Below the pieces are notes generated by a model, which did not search any database, was not told where the DNA came from, and worked only from the letters and a program-made list of their open reading frames with translations. From NCBI GenBank assembly GCA_903823865.1, contig CAIJUJ010000027.1:12065-76064 (forward strand): 64,000 bases of DNA, in the 5' to 3' direction. Origin of the DNA: an uncultured bacterium. GTDB taxonomy: Bacteria > Patescibacteriota > Minisyncoccia > Phycocordibacterales > GWA1-40-21. A program made the translations under genes and the position numbers. Of the stretch, positions 19,146 through 29,317 are shown one piece after another (within the stretch, counting starts at the first letter, position 1; every line of letters starts with the position of its first letter).

Positions 19146-20105
19146 TTATTTAAGAATTATTCCGAAATTTGATAGGGCTTTCTTTATTTCTTGAATTCCC
19201 TTTGAACCCAAACCTTCAATGCCATCAAGATCGTCGGCTTTCTTTTTTGCAAGACCGCCAACTGTTCTTATGTTTGCTTTTGAAAGTGCGTTGACTGTTC
19301 TTACCGAAAGATCCAGACCTTCTATTCTTGTTTTTAGGAATTCTGGGTCTGCTTCAACATCTTTGCTTTCGCCTTTTTCTGATTTCTTTGCAACTTTCTC
19401 TTCTATTGGTTCTTCAAAACCGACAACCGCCTTTAATTGTTCTAGCATAATGTAGATTGATTTTTCAAGAGCTTCAGCTGGTGTAAGTGAGCCGTCTGTT
19501 TCAATTGAGAAAGTGAGCTTGTTGAAATCTGTTCTATCCCCAACTCTCATGTTTTCTACTTCATAATTTACTCTTTTTATAGGAGTAAAGATAGCATCCA
19601 TTGCGATTGTTCCTATTTCAACTTTATCTTTTTGAATTTCTTCTTTTGGAATAAAACCCAAACCTTTTTTGATTTTGATTTCAATTGAAAGTTCTGAACC
19701 TTTTTCAGTCAAAGATGCAATGTGTTGTTTTGGATTTAGAACTTCAACTTGTCCAGGGACAGTTATGTCTCCTGCTGTAACATCTTTTATTCCTTTTACT
19801 TTTAGATGAACTGTCTGTTCTTCATCATTTACAACTTTAAATCTGACATTTTTCAAATTTAAAATTATATTTATTACGTCTTCTTTAATACCTTTTATTG
19901 TAGAAAATTCATGATCAACTCCATCAACTTTAATTGTAATGATAGAAACACCAGGAATAGAAGAAAGGATGATTCTTCTTAAAGAATTACCTAGTGTGTG
20001 TCCGTATCCTGGATACAAACCGTCTATTTCATAAACGCCAAAAAATCCCTCTTCTGAGACTTTCTTTGGTTTTGATGGTAATAAAATTTTGTATTGATCA
20101 GACAT
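19146..20105 (-). CDS. rpoA: RNA polymerase alpha subunit
   Basis: GYGHTLGNSLRRIILSS; alpha-CTD LSVRTVNAL. Confidence 0.97.
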   Translation of the reverse strand: MSDQYKILLPSKPKKVSEEGFFGVYEIDGLYPGYGHTLGNSLRRIILSSIPGVSIITIKVDGVDHEFSTIKGIKEDVINIILNLKNVRFKVVNDEEQTVHLKVKGIKDVTAGDITVPGQVEVLNPKQHIASLTEKGSELSIEIKIKKGLGFIPKEEIQKDKVEIGTIAMDAIFTPIKRVNYEVENMRVGDRTDFNKLTFSIETDGSLTPAEALEKSIYIMLEQLKAVVGFEEPIEEKVAKKSEKGESKDVEADPEFLKTRIEGLDLSVRTVNALSKANIRTVGGLAKKKADDLDGIEGLGSKGIQEIKKALSNFGIILK

Positions 20106-20181
20106 ATTTTTTTTGCCTTCCTTGATTTTTCGTCTTGGTAGGCTGATTAAAATTAATAAATTTTAATAATATTTTAATTGA

Positions 20182-20787
20182 CTATCTGCTGTAATATTGG
20201 AATATTTGGGAAACATCAAATGATATTTCGTTCGCTGGTATTTTTGGCAATCCTTGAACTTTTGCTTCTTTCTTCTCTGTATTATATGCAAGCCATGAAG
20301 GTACTCTTAATTCTTTTTGTTTTGCTTCTAAATCTTTAAAGAGTCCTTTTTTCTTGCTATTTTCTCTAATTGTTATGATATCTCCGATTGATACATGGAA
20401 TGATGGGATTGTGTTTCTCTTGCCGTTTACATCTATATGACCGTGATTTACCATTTGTCTTGCGGCTTGTCTTGTAGAGGCAAATCCTAATCTGTAAATC
20501 GTATTGTCCAATCTTGTTTCAAGTGCTTGTACTAGAGCTTCATTTATATCAGTACCTTTTTTTGATTGAACCTTTTCAACTAGGTTTTTAAATTGTGTTT
20601 CTCCAAGACCGTAGGTCAATCTTGCTCTCTGTTTTTCAATAAGCTGCATTCCAAAATCTGACCCTGCTCTTTTCATTTTCTTTGGGTCTCTTGCGCTTGT
20701 TCTCATTGCAAATTTTTGGGTTTGTGTCTTATCAAATACACTTGGTCCCAATCTTCTTGCTATTTTATATTTTGGTCCTGTTATCAT
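20182..20787 (-). CDS. rpsD: 30S ribosomal protein S4
   Basis: LETRLDNTIYRLGFASTRQAARQMVNHGH. Confidence 0.97.
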   Translation of the reverse strand: MITGPKYKIARRLGPSVFDKTQTQKFAMRTSARDPKKMKRAGSDFGMQLIEKQRARLTYGLGETQFKNLVEKVQSKKGTDINEALVQALETRLDNTIYRLGFASTRQAARQMVNHGHIDVNGKRNTIPSFHVSIGDIITIRENSKKKGLFKDLEAKQKELRVPSWLAYNTEKKEAKVQGLPKIPANEISFDVSQIFQYYSR

Positions 20788-20799
20788 ATTTATTAAAAA

Positions 20800-21234
20800 T
20801 TATACTCTTCGTGGTTTTTTAGGTTTTGGTCCATTGTGTGGAACTGGGGTGACATCTTTTATATTTGTAATATTGAAACCTTTAGAAATAAAACCTCTGA
20901 TTGCTGACTCTCTTCCTGAACCAACTCCCTTTACAATTACGTCTATTTCTTTAAGCCCAATGTTCATTGCTTTTTCTCCAAGTGCTTCGCCAACTTTTGC
21001 AGCTGCAAACGGTGTTCCTTTCTTTGCACCTTTAAAACCTAGTGCTCCAGCTGAAGATTGCATGATTGCATTGCCTTTTTTGTCGGTAAGAAGAACGATT
21101 GTATTGTTATATGTTGATTGAACATGCAAAACACCAGACTCAACTCTCTTTTTTGAGCTGGCTTTAACTTGTGCTGCTACATCTTTTGTAACAGCTTTTT
21201 GTTCTGTTTTTGTTTCTGCTTGTTTCTTACCCAT
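20800..21234 (-). CDS. rpsK: 30S ribosomal protein S11
   Basis: [23 protein letters not shown]. Confidence 0.97.
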   Translation of the reverse strand: MGKKQAETKTEQKAVTKDVAAQVKASSKKRVESGVLHVQSTYNNTIVLLTDKKGNAIMQSSAGALGFKGAKKGTPFAAAKVGEALGEKAMNIGLKEIDVIVKGVGSGRESAIRGFISKGFNITNIKDVTPVPHNGPKPKKPRRV

Positions 21235-21259
21235 TGTTCGTTATGTATATTATATTAAA

Positions 21260-21640
21260 TTATTTTTTATCAGCTGCTTTTCTACCAGTTCCCATTGTCT
21301 TTCTGACATTTCCCCTTAAGGTTCTTGAATTTGTTTTTGTTCTTTGACCTCTCGATGGAAGTTTTCTTGCGTGTCGTGACCCTCTGTAGCTTTTAATATC
21401 TTTCAATCTTTTTATATTTGCGCCAACTTCTCTTTTTAAATCTCCTTCAATTTTTTTAGCTTCGATGATTTGTCTGATTTTTGCTTCTTGTTCTGGTGTA
21501 ATTTCGGTTGGTTTTTTGTTTTCATCAACTTTTGCTTCAATTAAAATCTGGCGTGCTAAAGGGCGTCCAATACCATAAAGTACTGTCAAACCAATTTTTA
21601 ATCTTTTGTTGTCTGGAATTGTTATACCTACTATACGCAT
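21260..21640 (-). CDS. rpsM: 30S ribosomal protein S13
   Basis: YGIG, LPSRGQRTKTNSRT. Confidence 0.97.
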   Translation of the reverse strand: MRIVGITIPDNKRLKIGLTVLYGIGRPLARQILIEAKVDENKKPTEITPEQEAKIRQIIEAKKIEGDLKREVGANIKRLKDIKSYRGSRHARKLPSRGQRTKTNSRTLRGNVRKTMGTGRKAADKK

Positions 21641-21698
21641 AAATATATTATAAGAAATACCACAATAGCATTTCTATCATTTAAAATCAACCCTTATT

Positions 21699-21815
21699 TT
21701 AGCCCTGTCTCTGTTTGTGTCTAAGGTTTGATGTACATGTAACATACACTCTCCCCTTTCTTCTAACAGTTTTACATTTGGCACATATTTTTTTGACTGA
21801 AGCTTTTACTTTCAT
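21699..21815 (-). CDS. rpmJ: 50S ribosomal protein L36
   Basis: Hand translation [38 protein letters not shown]; not in the ORF track. Confidence 0.95.
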   Translation of the reverse strand: MKVKASVKKICAKCKTVRRKGRVYVTCTSNLRHKQRQG

Positions 21816-21819
21816 ATTA

Positions 21820-22041
21820 TTATATTCTTCTCACTATTCTACCTTTTCCACCATACTCATCTAAGACAACTTCTACTCTATCTCCAATTAAAATTTTTAT
21901 TCTGTGCAATCTCATCTTTCCGGCGAGATAACATAGTAATTCTCCACTATCACTGTCCATTTTTACCTTGAACAATGCATTTGGAAAAGCTTCTAATACG
22001 ATTCCGGTAGCAGTTTTCTTTATTTTTTGTGGTGTTTGCAT
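21820..22041 (-). CDS. infA: Translation initiation factor IF-1
   Basis: [23 protein letters not shown]. Confidence 0.95.
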   Translation of the reverse strand: MQTPQKIKKTATGIVLEAFPNALFKVKMDSDSGELLCYLAGKMRLHRIKILIGDRVEVVLDEYGGKGRIVRRI

Positions 22042-22122
22042 CTTTAATTTACAACGCTCTACATGATAACAAAAAAACCAAAATAGTCAAGCCATCTATG
22101 GGTCATATTTGGTATTTTTATT

Positions 22123-23502
22123 TTATTTGTTCAAACTATCTCTAACAGAATCTACAACTTTTATTTTATTACTGTTTGTTGGAAAAGTATTTTTCCACAT
22201 TGGCCGAATAGTAGCCTCAATTTCGGTCACTGAAGTTTTATTATTTTGTATAACAGAACTTATAATTGATTTATTTTGGCCAACAATTTCACTCAATATT
22301 TCATTCGTATCAAATGACCAAACAACTTTTGCAGGACCAGTAAATTTAGCTTTTAATGTTATTTCGTTCCATGGCTTTAAACTAGTTCCAAACAGTGAGA
22401 CAGTATCGTTGTCGTTCCAAAGAATATCTACTTTTGAATTATCAAATGATTTTATTCTGTTTGTAGCAATAAATGAAGCGAGGTCGCTCTTATTAAATAT
22501 GATTGCATTTATCGTACAATCTTCAGAAATGTTATAAACGCTTGTTGCAGAATCATCTGGTAAATCTGTACATTGGATGTAATAATTATCTTTAAATAAG
22601 ATATTATCTGTTGGAGTTTTTGAGTAAGCATCTTTAATAAGATTTGCTGTTAAATTATTTTTTAAATCTGTTCTTCCCGCTGTAAGTTTGTCATCTGAAA
22701 CTTTTTTTACATTACCTGTAAATCCGCCAGAGACGTCTGCGCTAAGTCTTGCATAGAAAGTCGTATATTTTATTGTGCCTTTAAAGCCCGGAATCGTAAA
22801 ATCACCTTTCAAATCTGAAAGCTTCATATTGTATTTGTCCCCCGGCGTGTCCGCAATGATATCTACTTCGATTGATCCTGGAGTTTTAACACCATCAATA
22901 GTTTTTATTCCTGGGACGTCTACTGAGTCCCGGATTCTGTATATCAAACCATCTTTTGTTTCTAATCTTGTATTAATTGTAAGTCTTTGTTTTTGTGTAC
23001 CGGAATTATTAAATATTACAGCTTTTCCTGTAGCCTTCTTCTCAACATACTCCTCGCCATCAGTTTCTAAAGCCTTAGAGAGTTTTTGTTCAATTGCCAT
23101 CGCTTGGAAATGTAAAGTACTTGTTCCAACGGTTTTGTCTGAAGTTATATTATATGTATCATTTAGAGTTATATCTTGGTTTTTGGGAGTAATTGTAATG
23201 GTCGCGGTCGAAAAAGTAGAAGATAAAATAAATAACAATATTGCAACTGCTGCAATTAAAACAATCCATAAAAAAATTATTGAGTCTTTGGTAACTTTCT
23301 TTCTTTCTTCATAGATAGGAGCGTCATTATCATATAGTTTTTCTTCTTCAACAAATCTATCATTAATTATTTTTTCATCTGTTGTTTTTCGAATTGGAAC
23401 TTTTTTTTCAATGCTAAAAGGGTCTTTTTTTACATCACCCCTCTTGACCATTCTTATGCTTTTTTTTACGACAAATATGTCTTGAATGATTTTTCTTGGC
23501 AT
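22123..23502 (-). CDS. Single-pass membrane protein, baseplate-J-like extracellular region (uncharacterised)
   Basis: TM at ~aa 75-95; KATGKAVIFN, TRLET..GLIYR, ADTPGDKYN, GGFTG pattern. Confidence 0.55.
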   Translation of the reverse strand: MPRKIIQDIFVVKKSIRMVKRGDVKKDPFSIEKKVPIRKTTDEKIINDRFVEEEKLYDNDAPIYEERKKVTKDSIIFLWIVLIAAVAILLFILSSTFSTATITITPKNQDITLNDTYNITSDKTVGTSTLHFQAMAIEQKLSKALETDGEEYVEKKATGKAVIFNNSGTQKQRLTINTRLETKDGLIYRIRDSVDVPGIKTIDGVKTPGSIEVDIIADTPGDKYNMKLSDLKGDFTIPGFKGTIKYTTFYARLSADVSGGFTGNVKKVSDDKLTAGRTDLKNNLTANLIKDAYSKTPTDNILFKDNYYIQCTDLPDDSATSVYNISEDCTINAIIFNKSDLASFIATNRIKSFDNSKVDILWNDNDTVSLFGTSLKPWNEITLKAKFTGPAKVVWSFDTNEILSEIVGQNKSIISSVIQNNKTSVTEIEATIRPMWKNTFPTNSNKIKVVDSVRDSLNK

Positions 23503-23509
23503 TTGTAAA

Positions 23510-24700
23510 TTATTTATTTAGAAGTTTATTAACAAATATAGTGTCCATTTTAACATATGGTTCGTTAACAAAAGTCTTACTGTTTTCAATAAAACTGTTG
23601 ATAATATTTTCTGTAATAATAAGTACATCTATTTTAGTACCATGTACTTCTAGCTTGTCATTTTTTGCATCTTCAGAAAGATCTTTAACTAAGACATTTG
23701 CTATTTTGCTATTCGGAATAATAAATATGTTGTTTGGAATATTCATTTCATTACAAATTTTTGACAAAGTCTCTTTAAATTTATTTTTCCAAAAATTTAG
23801 ACCCAGACGTAATGATTCGGAACTATTGTTATCGACTGGCAAATCAAAATTTTTATCTTCAGCTATACTAATATTTGACAAAAAAACGTCTTTGGGAAGT
23901 TTTGTTCTATTTAACGATACTTGCATAATATTTTCTTCACCATATGGAATTGATGCAATCGCGAAAATAATATCATCGCGAACAACATAAATATCGGTTA
24001 TCAATTTGCCAATATCAGCATAAATAAAATCATTCTTGTCTGAATATAAATCTCGCAAATATGAATAGGAAGACAAAATGCATGAGTGGTTTTGTTTTTG
24101 CGCATTCTTACCGATTTTTTCATTAAGATTTAAACAAATTTTGTCTTTTATTTCACTTGGTATAAAAGTAACAAAAAGCTCGACAGCAAGATTTAGTGTC
24201 TTTTTTCTATAAATATCTTCGACTTTATAACCATTAAGCTTTGATTGAATTATTTTTTCTTCCATGATTTTAAGATTTTTCTCAGATGTATTATATTCAA
24301 TATTCTTTTCTATTTCTGACTCTTCACCGACCAGAATTTGGCTTAAAACTTTATTTGTTATTTCAAAAGGCTTATCTTTAATAATCTTTATCGTTTTTGC
24401 TTGAGAAATACTCCAAGGAGAACCGATGAAAAAATAATATTTCTCTATCATTTCTTTACTCCCGATTTTTACTAAAGATTGCCTAACCGAAAGAATTGCC
24501 TGGTCAAGTGTCTTAATCATTAACTCAAGATATTTTTTGTTATCCTTTGAATCAATGCTCTTTAGTGAAAAATTTTGACATAAAACTATTTCTGGTTTTT
24601 TGTCTTTTATAAATCTTACTGCAGCAAGAGAAATAGATGCATCTCTAATATCAAAAATAAATGATAAGGAAGGCTGTTTTTTAAATAAGAAAAAACTCAT
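23510..24700 (-). CDS. Divergent FtsA/PilM-like actin-fold protein
   Basis: IFDIRDASI and YADIGKLITDI phosphate-loop-like motifs; SIPYGEENI. Confidence 0.5.
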   Translation of the reverse strand: MSFFLFKKQPSLSFIFDIRDASISLAAVRFIKDKKPEIVLCQNFSLKSIDSKDNKKYLELMIKTLDQAILSVRQSLVKIGSKEMIEKYYFFIGSPWSISQAKTIKIIKDKPFEITNKVLSQILVGEESEIEKNIEYNTSEKNLKIMEEKIIQSKLNGYKVEDIYRKKTLNLAVELFVTFIPSEIKDKICLNLNEKIGKNAQKQNHSCILSSYSYLRDLYSDKNDFIYADIGKLITDIYVVRDDIIFAIASIPYGEENIMQVSLNRTKLPKDVFLSNISIAEDKNFDLPVDNNSSESLRLGLNFWKNKFKETLSKICNEMNIPNNIFIIPNSKIANVLVKDLSEDAKNDKLEVHGTKIDVLIITENIINSFIENSKTFVNEPYVKMDTIFVNKLLNK

Positions 24701-24743
24701 ATATAGACATATTATAATACGTTATAAACACCAATGCAATGAT

Positions 24744-24780
24744 AAAAAGCGGGTTTTCGTAGAACGGAAACCCGCTTTTT
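24744..24780 (-). terminator. Intrinsic terminator after alaS
   Basis: AAAAAGCGGGTTT...AAACCCGCTTTTT. Confidence 0.75.
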
Positions 24781-24796
24781 ATTTTTACAAACTTTA

Positions 24797-26650
24797 TTAT
24801 TCCAAAACAGCTTTTATTCTCCTGACACCAGCACTTGATGCTTCTTCTTTTACAATTTTAAATTGACCAAGTTCCCCAGTATTTTTGACATGTGGGCCTC
24901 CACAAAATTCTGTACTAAAATCTCCGATTTTATAGACTTTTACCACATCGCCATATTTAGACAAATCAAAAGAAAGTGTTGTAACAAGTTTTTTTGCTTC
25001 TTCTTTTGGAAGTTCTAGCATTTCAACTGGTATTTTTTCAGCAATTTTTTGATTTACTAAGTCTTCAACTTGTTTTAACTTGTCAGCTGAAACTTTTTCT
25101 GGCCAATTAAAATCAAAACGCATTCTTTCGGCTGTAATATTACTTCCCTTTTGAACAATTTCTCCACCAAGTACTTTTCTAAGAGATGCAAGAAGTAAAT
25201 GCGTAGTTGTGTGATATTTTGTTTCCATTTCACCCGTCCCTCCAAGCCCACCTTTAAATTTCTGCTCGGACCCAGAACGAGACAAAGCTTGATGTGCCTC
25301 AAGATCTTTCTTAAATTTATCTTCATCAACAACTTTTCCTTTCTCTTTAGCCAATTCCTTGGTAAGTTCAAAAGGAAAACCATAACTGGTAAATAAAACA
25401 AATGGATCAATCCCTTTTTCAAATTCTTTCATTCCAGCCTGCAAGGTTTTTCTAAATTTTAACTCTTCTTTATAAATTTCTAATCTAATAATTTCTCTTT
25501 TATTATATGTTTCTGGATAAGCTTCCTTATAATATTCTAAAACAGTAGCAGTTAGATCAGCAAAATTACCTTGCTTTATTCCTAAAATATCAGCATATCT
25601 AATGGCTCGACGCAATAAACGACGTACAAAATAGCCCCGGTCAGTATTTGATGGAATAACACCATCACTAATCAAAAATATTGATGCCCTAAGATGATCG
25701 GCAATAACACGGTATGAAGTTGTGTATTTATGGTCAGTATATTTTGTATTAGAAATCTTTTCCAAAGAAGATATAAGATTTGCAAATATATCAATCATAA
25801 ATATATCGTTAGTGTTTTGAACAGCCATTGAAATACGCTCTAAACCGCCTCCAAAATCAATATTCTTTTTAGGTAATGGCTCGAATTTTCTATCGCTAAC
25901 TTTTTTAAATTCCATAAAAACAGAATTTCCAATTTCAATATATCGTCCACAGTCACAATTTGGATGGCAATATTTACCATACTTCGTATCATGCTCAACA
26001 AAATCAAATTCGTAAAACATTTCAGAATCAGCTCCACCAGGTTCACCAATAGGCATAGCTTCTGGCGCCCCACCTCTTGACCACCAATTTTTTTCACTAT
26101 ATGAAAATATTCTACCTCCCTGCATACCCAAATTAGCACCATTTTGTTCAGATTCTAAAATTACATCTTTTGCCTCAATTCCTTCTTTTCTAAAAAGTTC
26201 TTTCCAAATCGTCACTGCTTTAGTATCAGCTAATAGATTATTTTCTTTATTACCTGAAAAAACTGTGACATAAATCTTATTGGGATTAATCTTTAATTCC
26301 TTAGTTAAAAATTCAAAAATCCAAGGTATTTGTTCTTTTTGAAAATAATCACCAAAAGACCAGTTACCGAGCATCTCAAAAAATGTAGTATGGCGATTAT
26401 CACCAACTTCTTCTATATCACTAGTTCGAAATGATTTTTGAGAATCTGCAATCCTCTTGCCAAGAGGATGACTTTCACCTAGTAAATATGGCATCATTGG
26501 TTGCATACCAGAGCCAGTAAAAAGAGTGGTTGGATCATTTTCAGGTACAAGTGAAGCAGAAGGAATTATTTTGTGTCCCCTTTTTTCAAAAAATTTTAGA
26601 TATCGTTCTCGGATTTCTTTTGATTGCATTGTTATTAAAATATAGCACAA
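24797..26650 (-). CDS. alaS: Alanine--tRNA ligase (no C-Ala domain)
   Basis: HTTFFEMLGNWSFGDY, IDFGGGLER, HTTTH...EFCGGPH; likely start ATG 26629. Confidence 0.95.
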   Translation of the reverse strand: MCYILITMQSKEIRERYLKFFEKRGHKIIPSASLVPENDPTTLFTGSGMQPMMPYLLGESHPLGKRIADSQKSFRTSDIEEVGDNRHTTFFEMLGNWSFGDYFQKEQIPWIFEFLTKELKINPNKIYVTVFSGNKENNLLADTKAVTIWKELFRKEGIEAKDVILESEQNGANLGMQGGRIFSYSEKNWWSRGGAPEAMPIGEPGGADSEMFYEFDFVEHDTKYGKYCHPNCDCGRYIEIGNSVFMEFKKVSDRKFEPLPKKNIDFGGGLERISMAVQNTNDIFMIDIFANLISSLEKISNTKYTDHKYTTSYRVIADHLRASIFLISDGVIPSNTDRGYFVRRLLRRAIRYADILGIKQGNFADLTATVLEYYKEAYPETYNKREIIRLEIYKEELKFRKTLQAGMKEFEKGIDPFVLFTSYGFPFELTKELAKEKGKVVDEDKFKKDLEAHQALSRSGSEQKFKGGLGGTGEMETKYHTTTHLLLASLRKVLGGEIVQKGSNITAERMRFDFNWPEKVSADKLKQVEDLVNQKIAEKIPVEMLELPKEEAKKLVTTLSFDLSKYGDVVKVYKIGDFSTEFCGGPHVKNTGELGQFKIVKEEASSAGVRRIKAVLE

Positions 26651-26677
26651 AATAAGAATTTGGAAAATCCCACAATT

Positions 26678-27271
26678 TTAGAGATTTTTTAGGATTTCAA
26701 AATCATTTTTTAGTTCATCTTTACGGTTTGGATTATAAACAGCAACACAGGGATGATACAAACAAACTATTTTTATTGGCCCATAAGAAGTTCTCGTATC
26801 AAAAGATTTTCCGTGCATTTTGCTTATTGCTTCAACTTTTGAGCCAAGTCCAAATTTTTGCATTATATAACCCATTGAATACCTGCCGAGCGCACAAATT
26901 ACTTTTGGCTGTAATATTTCAACTTGCCTATCTAAAAATGGTCCGTAAATCTTAATTTCTTCTGGTAGTGGGTCGCGGTTTTGCTGGGGTCTATCTTTTA
27001 CTATATTTGTTATATAAACATCCTCTCTTTTAATTTTTACATGCTCCAAAAGTTCATCTAAAACTTTTCCAGCTGTTCCACAAAAAGGTCTGCCTGTTTT
27101 TGCTTCATTTCTTCCAGGAGCTTCCCCGACAAACATGATTTTAGCATCATGGCTTCCCTCTCCAATCACTGGAAAATATTTATTTTCTGTTCTATAAGAA
27201 TAAAGTGGAGATTCTTTTAAATTGAGAACCTCCTCTTTTATTTTTTTCAGAAGTTCTGTTTTGGTGGGCAT
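26678..27271 (-). CDS. Uracil-DNA glycosylase, family 4-like
   Basis: FVGEAPG..E..TGRPF, YITNIVK.RP..NRDP, YHP. Confidence 0.9.
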   Translation of the reverse strand: MPTKTELLKKIKEEVLNLKESPLYSYRTENKYFPVIGEGSHDAKIMFVGEAPGRNEAKTGRPFCGTAGKVLDELLEHVKIKREDVYITNIVKDRPQQNRDPLPEEIKIYGPFLDRQVEILQPKVICALGRYSMGYIMQKFGLGSKVEAISKMHGKSFDTRTSYGPIKIVCLYHPCVAVYNPNRKDELKNDFEILKNL

Positions 27272-27282
27272 AATAAAAATGA

Positions 27283-28152
27283 TTATTTTGTAAAACTTCT
27301 TCTACAGTGTTCACACAAAGCTTCTACTTCGTCTTTTATAGATTTAATTTTTTTATCATCAAACTTCACCTCTTTTAATAAATTATCATCAAGAAGGCTT
27401 TTTGAGAGAATTATGCCCCTTAGAAGAAACAGGCTTTTTTCTGCCATTGATAAAGAGGTAAGTGCAGTTATTGGTATGAGCTCATATTTCTCTATCATGT
27501 TATGTAGATTAAAATTGTATGGATAATTCCAGCCAATAAATTTGAGTAATGGTTGGCACTGACCATATTGAATCGCTGTCGTACTAAATTTTGTATTTGT
27601 AATTATCCAACCTTCGGTTAATTTTCTACTTTCTCCACCAAAAACATAGTCTTTACCAAAAATATCATCATAGCGAGCCTTCACGTAAAGCACGATTTTT
27701 AAATCAGATTTTAAATTAAAATCTGTATGAAATTTTGCCTCTGTCATTATTAAATCTTTGTCTTTCCACGCAACGACATCAATTTCATGTGGTACGCACT
27801 TACCCTGAACAACCTGGTCAGTAATTGTTGAATAACCCATTGCCTTAAATATTTCCGCCACAAATTTTTCAAATGGAAAACCTGTAGGACCAAGCATGGC
27901 TACTGCCTTTTTTAAAGAATATCTGACAGCAATTGACTTGTGTTTTTTTCGTAATATAGAAAAAGCCATTCTGTAAATCTCTTGTGTAGTAATAAGTGAT
28001 CTATTTTTGGCTTCAGCACTGACTTCAGAGACAACTTCTGCAATCAACTCGTCTGATGCATCAATTTTTTTAAGAGAACCTTCCAATTTTTTATAATCAA
28101 AAAGTTCTTTTTCTCCGTTGGCTTTTGTTACGTAGAATTCGTTCATATACAT
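27283..28152 (-). CDS. ATP-cone plus Mrr-like PD-(D/E)xK endonuclease domain protein
   Basis: VTKANGEKELFD..KL (ATP cone); FEKFVAEIF, EIDVVA, EAKFH. Confidence 0.75.
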   Translation of the reverse strand: MYMNEFYVTKANGEKELFDYKKLEGSLKKIDASDELIAEVVSEVSAEAKNRSLITTQEIYRMAFSILRKKHKSIAVRYSLKKAVAMLGPTGFPFEKFVAEIFKAMGYSTITDQVVQGKCVPHEIDVVAWKDKDLIMTEAKFHTDFNLKSDLKIVLYVKARYDDIFGKDYVFGGESRKLTEGWIITNTKFSTTAIQYGQCQPLLKFIGWNYPYNFNLHNMIEKYELIPITALTSLSMAEKSLFLLRGIILSKSLLDDNLLKEVKFDDKKIKSIKDEVEALCEHCRRSFTK

Positions 28153-28183
28153 ATAATATCAGACAGGGTAAAAAGTTGAAAGT

Positions 28184-29317
28184 CTAATTAATTATTCCCC
28201 CGCCAAGGCAAACTTCTTTATCATAAATCACAGCAGACTGGCCAGAAGTTATTGCTTTTTGTGATTTTGTAAAATGAAGCTCAAATTTACCAGCAGATTT
28301 CTCAATAATTTTGCATTCCTCTAGTGGTTGCCTGTACCTTATTCGAGCTGAATATTTCTTTGATAAATCTGGAGCTTGCCCAGAAATCCAGTTAATATTA
28401 TTTAACACAATTATCTTAGAATTATTTTCAATAATTTTCTTAGAATCTTGAGATACCGTAATTGTGTTATTTTTTATATTTTTGTTTATTATGTAATACG
28501 GCAAATCATTTGGAGTTTTTTCAGTAATTTTGAAACCATGTCTTTGCCCGATTGTTAAATAAAAAGCTCCATCATGCTCACCTATCACTTTTTCATTTTC
28601 ATCTAAAACTTTTCCTTTCTTTTCTTTAATATAATTTTTAAGAAAATCTTTGATATCAATTTTTCCGATAAAACAAAGTCCCTGACTATCTTTTTTTACT
28701 GCTGTACTCAAACCAAATTTTTCTGCTAATTTTCGAACTTCTGGTTTTTCAATATCACCTACTGGAAAAAGAGTTTTTGAAAGTTGTTTTTGTGTAAGTG
28801 TCCAAAGAAAATATGACTGATCTTTATTTTTGTCATCACCGGCTAATAATTGATATTTTTTATTTTTTCCGCGTTGGTCTGCGTTAAGTCCGCATTTTTC
28901 TGCGATTCTGGTATAATGTCCTGTCGCAACAAAATCTGCTCCTTGTTTCATCGCCCAATCAAAAAATCCGCCAAATTTTACATATTTATTACACATAACA
29001 TCAGGATTTGGTGTTTTTCCAACTTTATATTCGCGGATCATATAATCCACAACTTCTTTTTTGTATTCTTTTTCAAGATTCAAAGTGAAAAATGGAATAT
29101 CAAGTCTTGCACAAACACGCATCGCATCTAGACGATCCTGTTTCCATGTACACTCAAATGGCCTGCCCTTCGGAGCTTCAGCGGAGTAGGGTTGCCAAAC
29201 TTTTATAAAAACTCCAGTAACATCATATCCTTGATTTTTAAGCAATGCAGTAGAGACAGAAGAATCTACTCCGCCAGACATCCCAACGTATACCTTTTTG
29301 CTATTTAAAGGAGACAC
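28184..29317 (-). CDS. mnmA: tRNA 2-thiouridine(34) synthase
   Basis: MSGGVDSS, TPNPDVMCN, ATGHY, KDQSYFL, DSQGLCFIG. Confidence 0.96.
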   Translation of the reverse strand: MSPLNSKKVYVGMSGGVDSSVSTALLKNQGYDVTGVFIKVWQPYSAEAPKGRPFECTWKQDRLDAMRVCARLDIPFFTLNLEKEYKKEVVDYMIREYKVGKTPNPDVMCNKYVKFGGFFDWAMKQGADFVATGHYTRIAEKCGLNADQRGKNKKYQLLAGDDKNKDQSYFLWTLTQKQLSKTLFPVGDIEKPEVRKLAEKFGLSTAVKKDSQGLCFIGKIDIKDFLKNYIKEKKGKVLDENEKVIGEHDGAFYLTIGQRHGFKITEKTPNDLPYYIINKNIKNNTITVSQDSKKIIENNSKIIVLNNINWISGQAPDLSKKYSARIRYRQPLEECKIIEKSAGKFELHFTKSQKAITSGQSAVIYDKEVCLGGGIIN

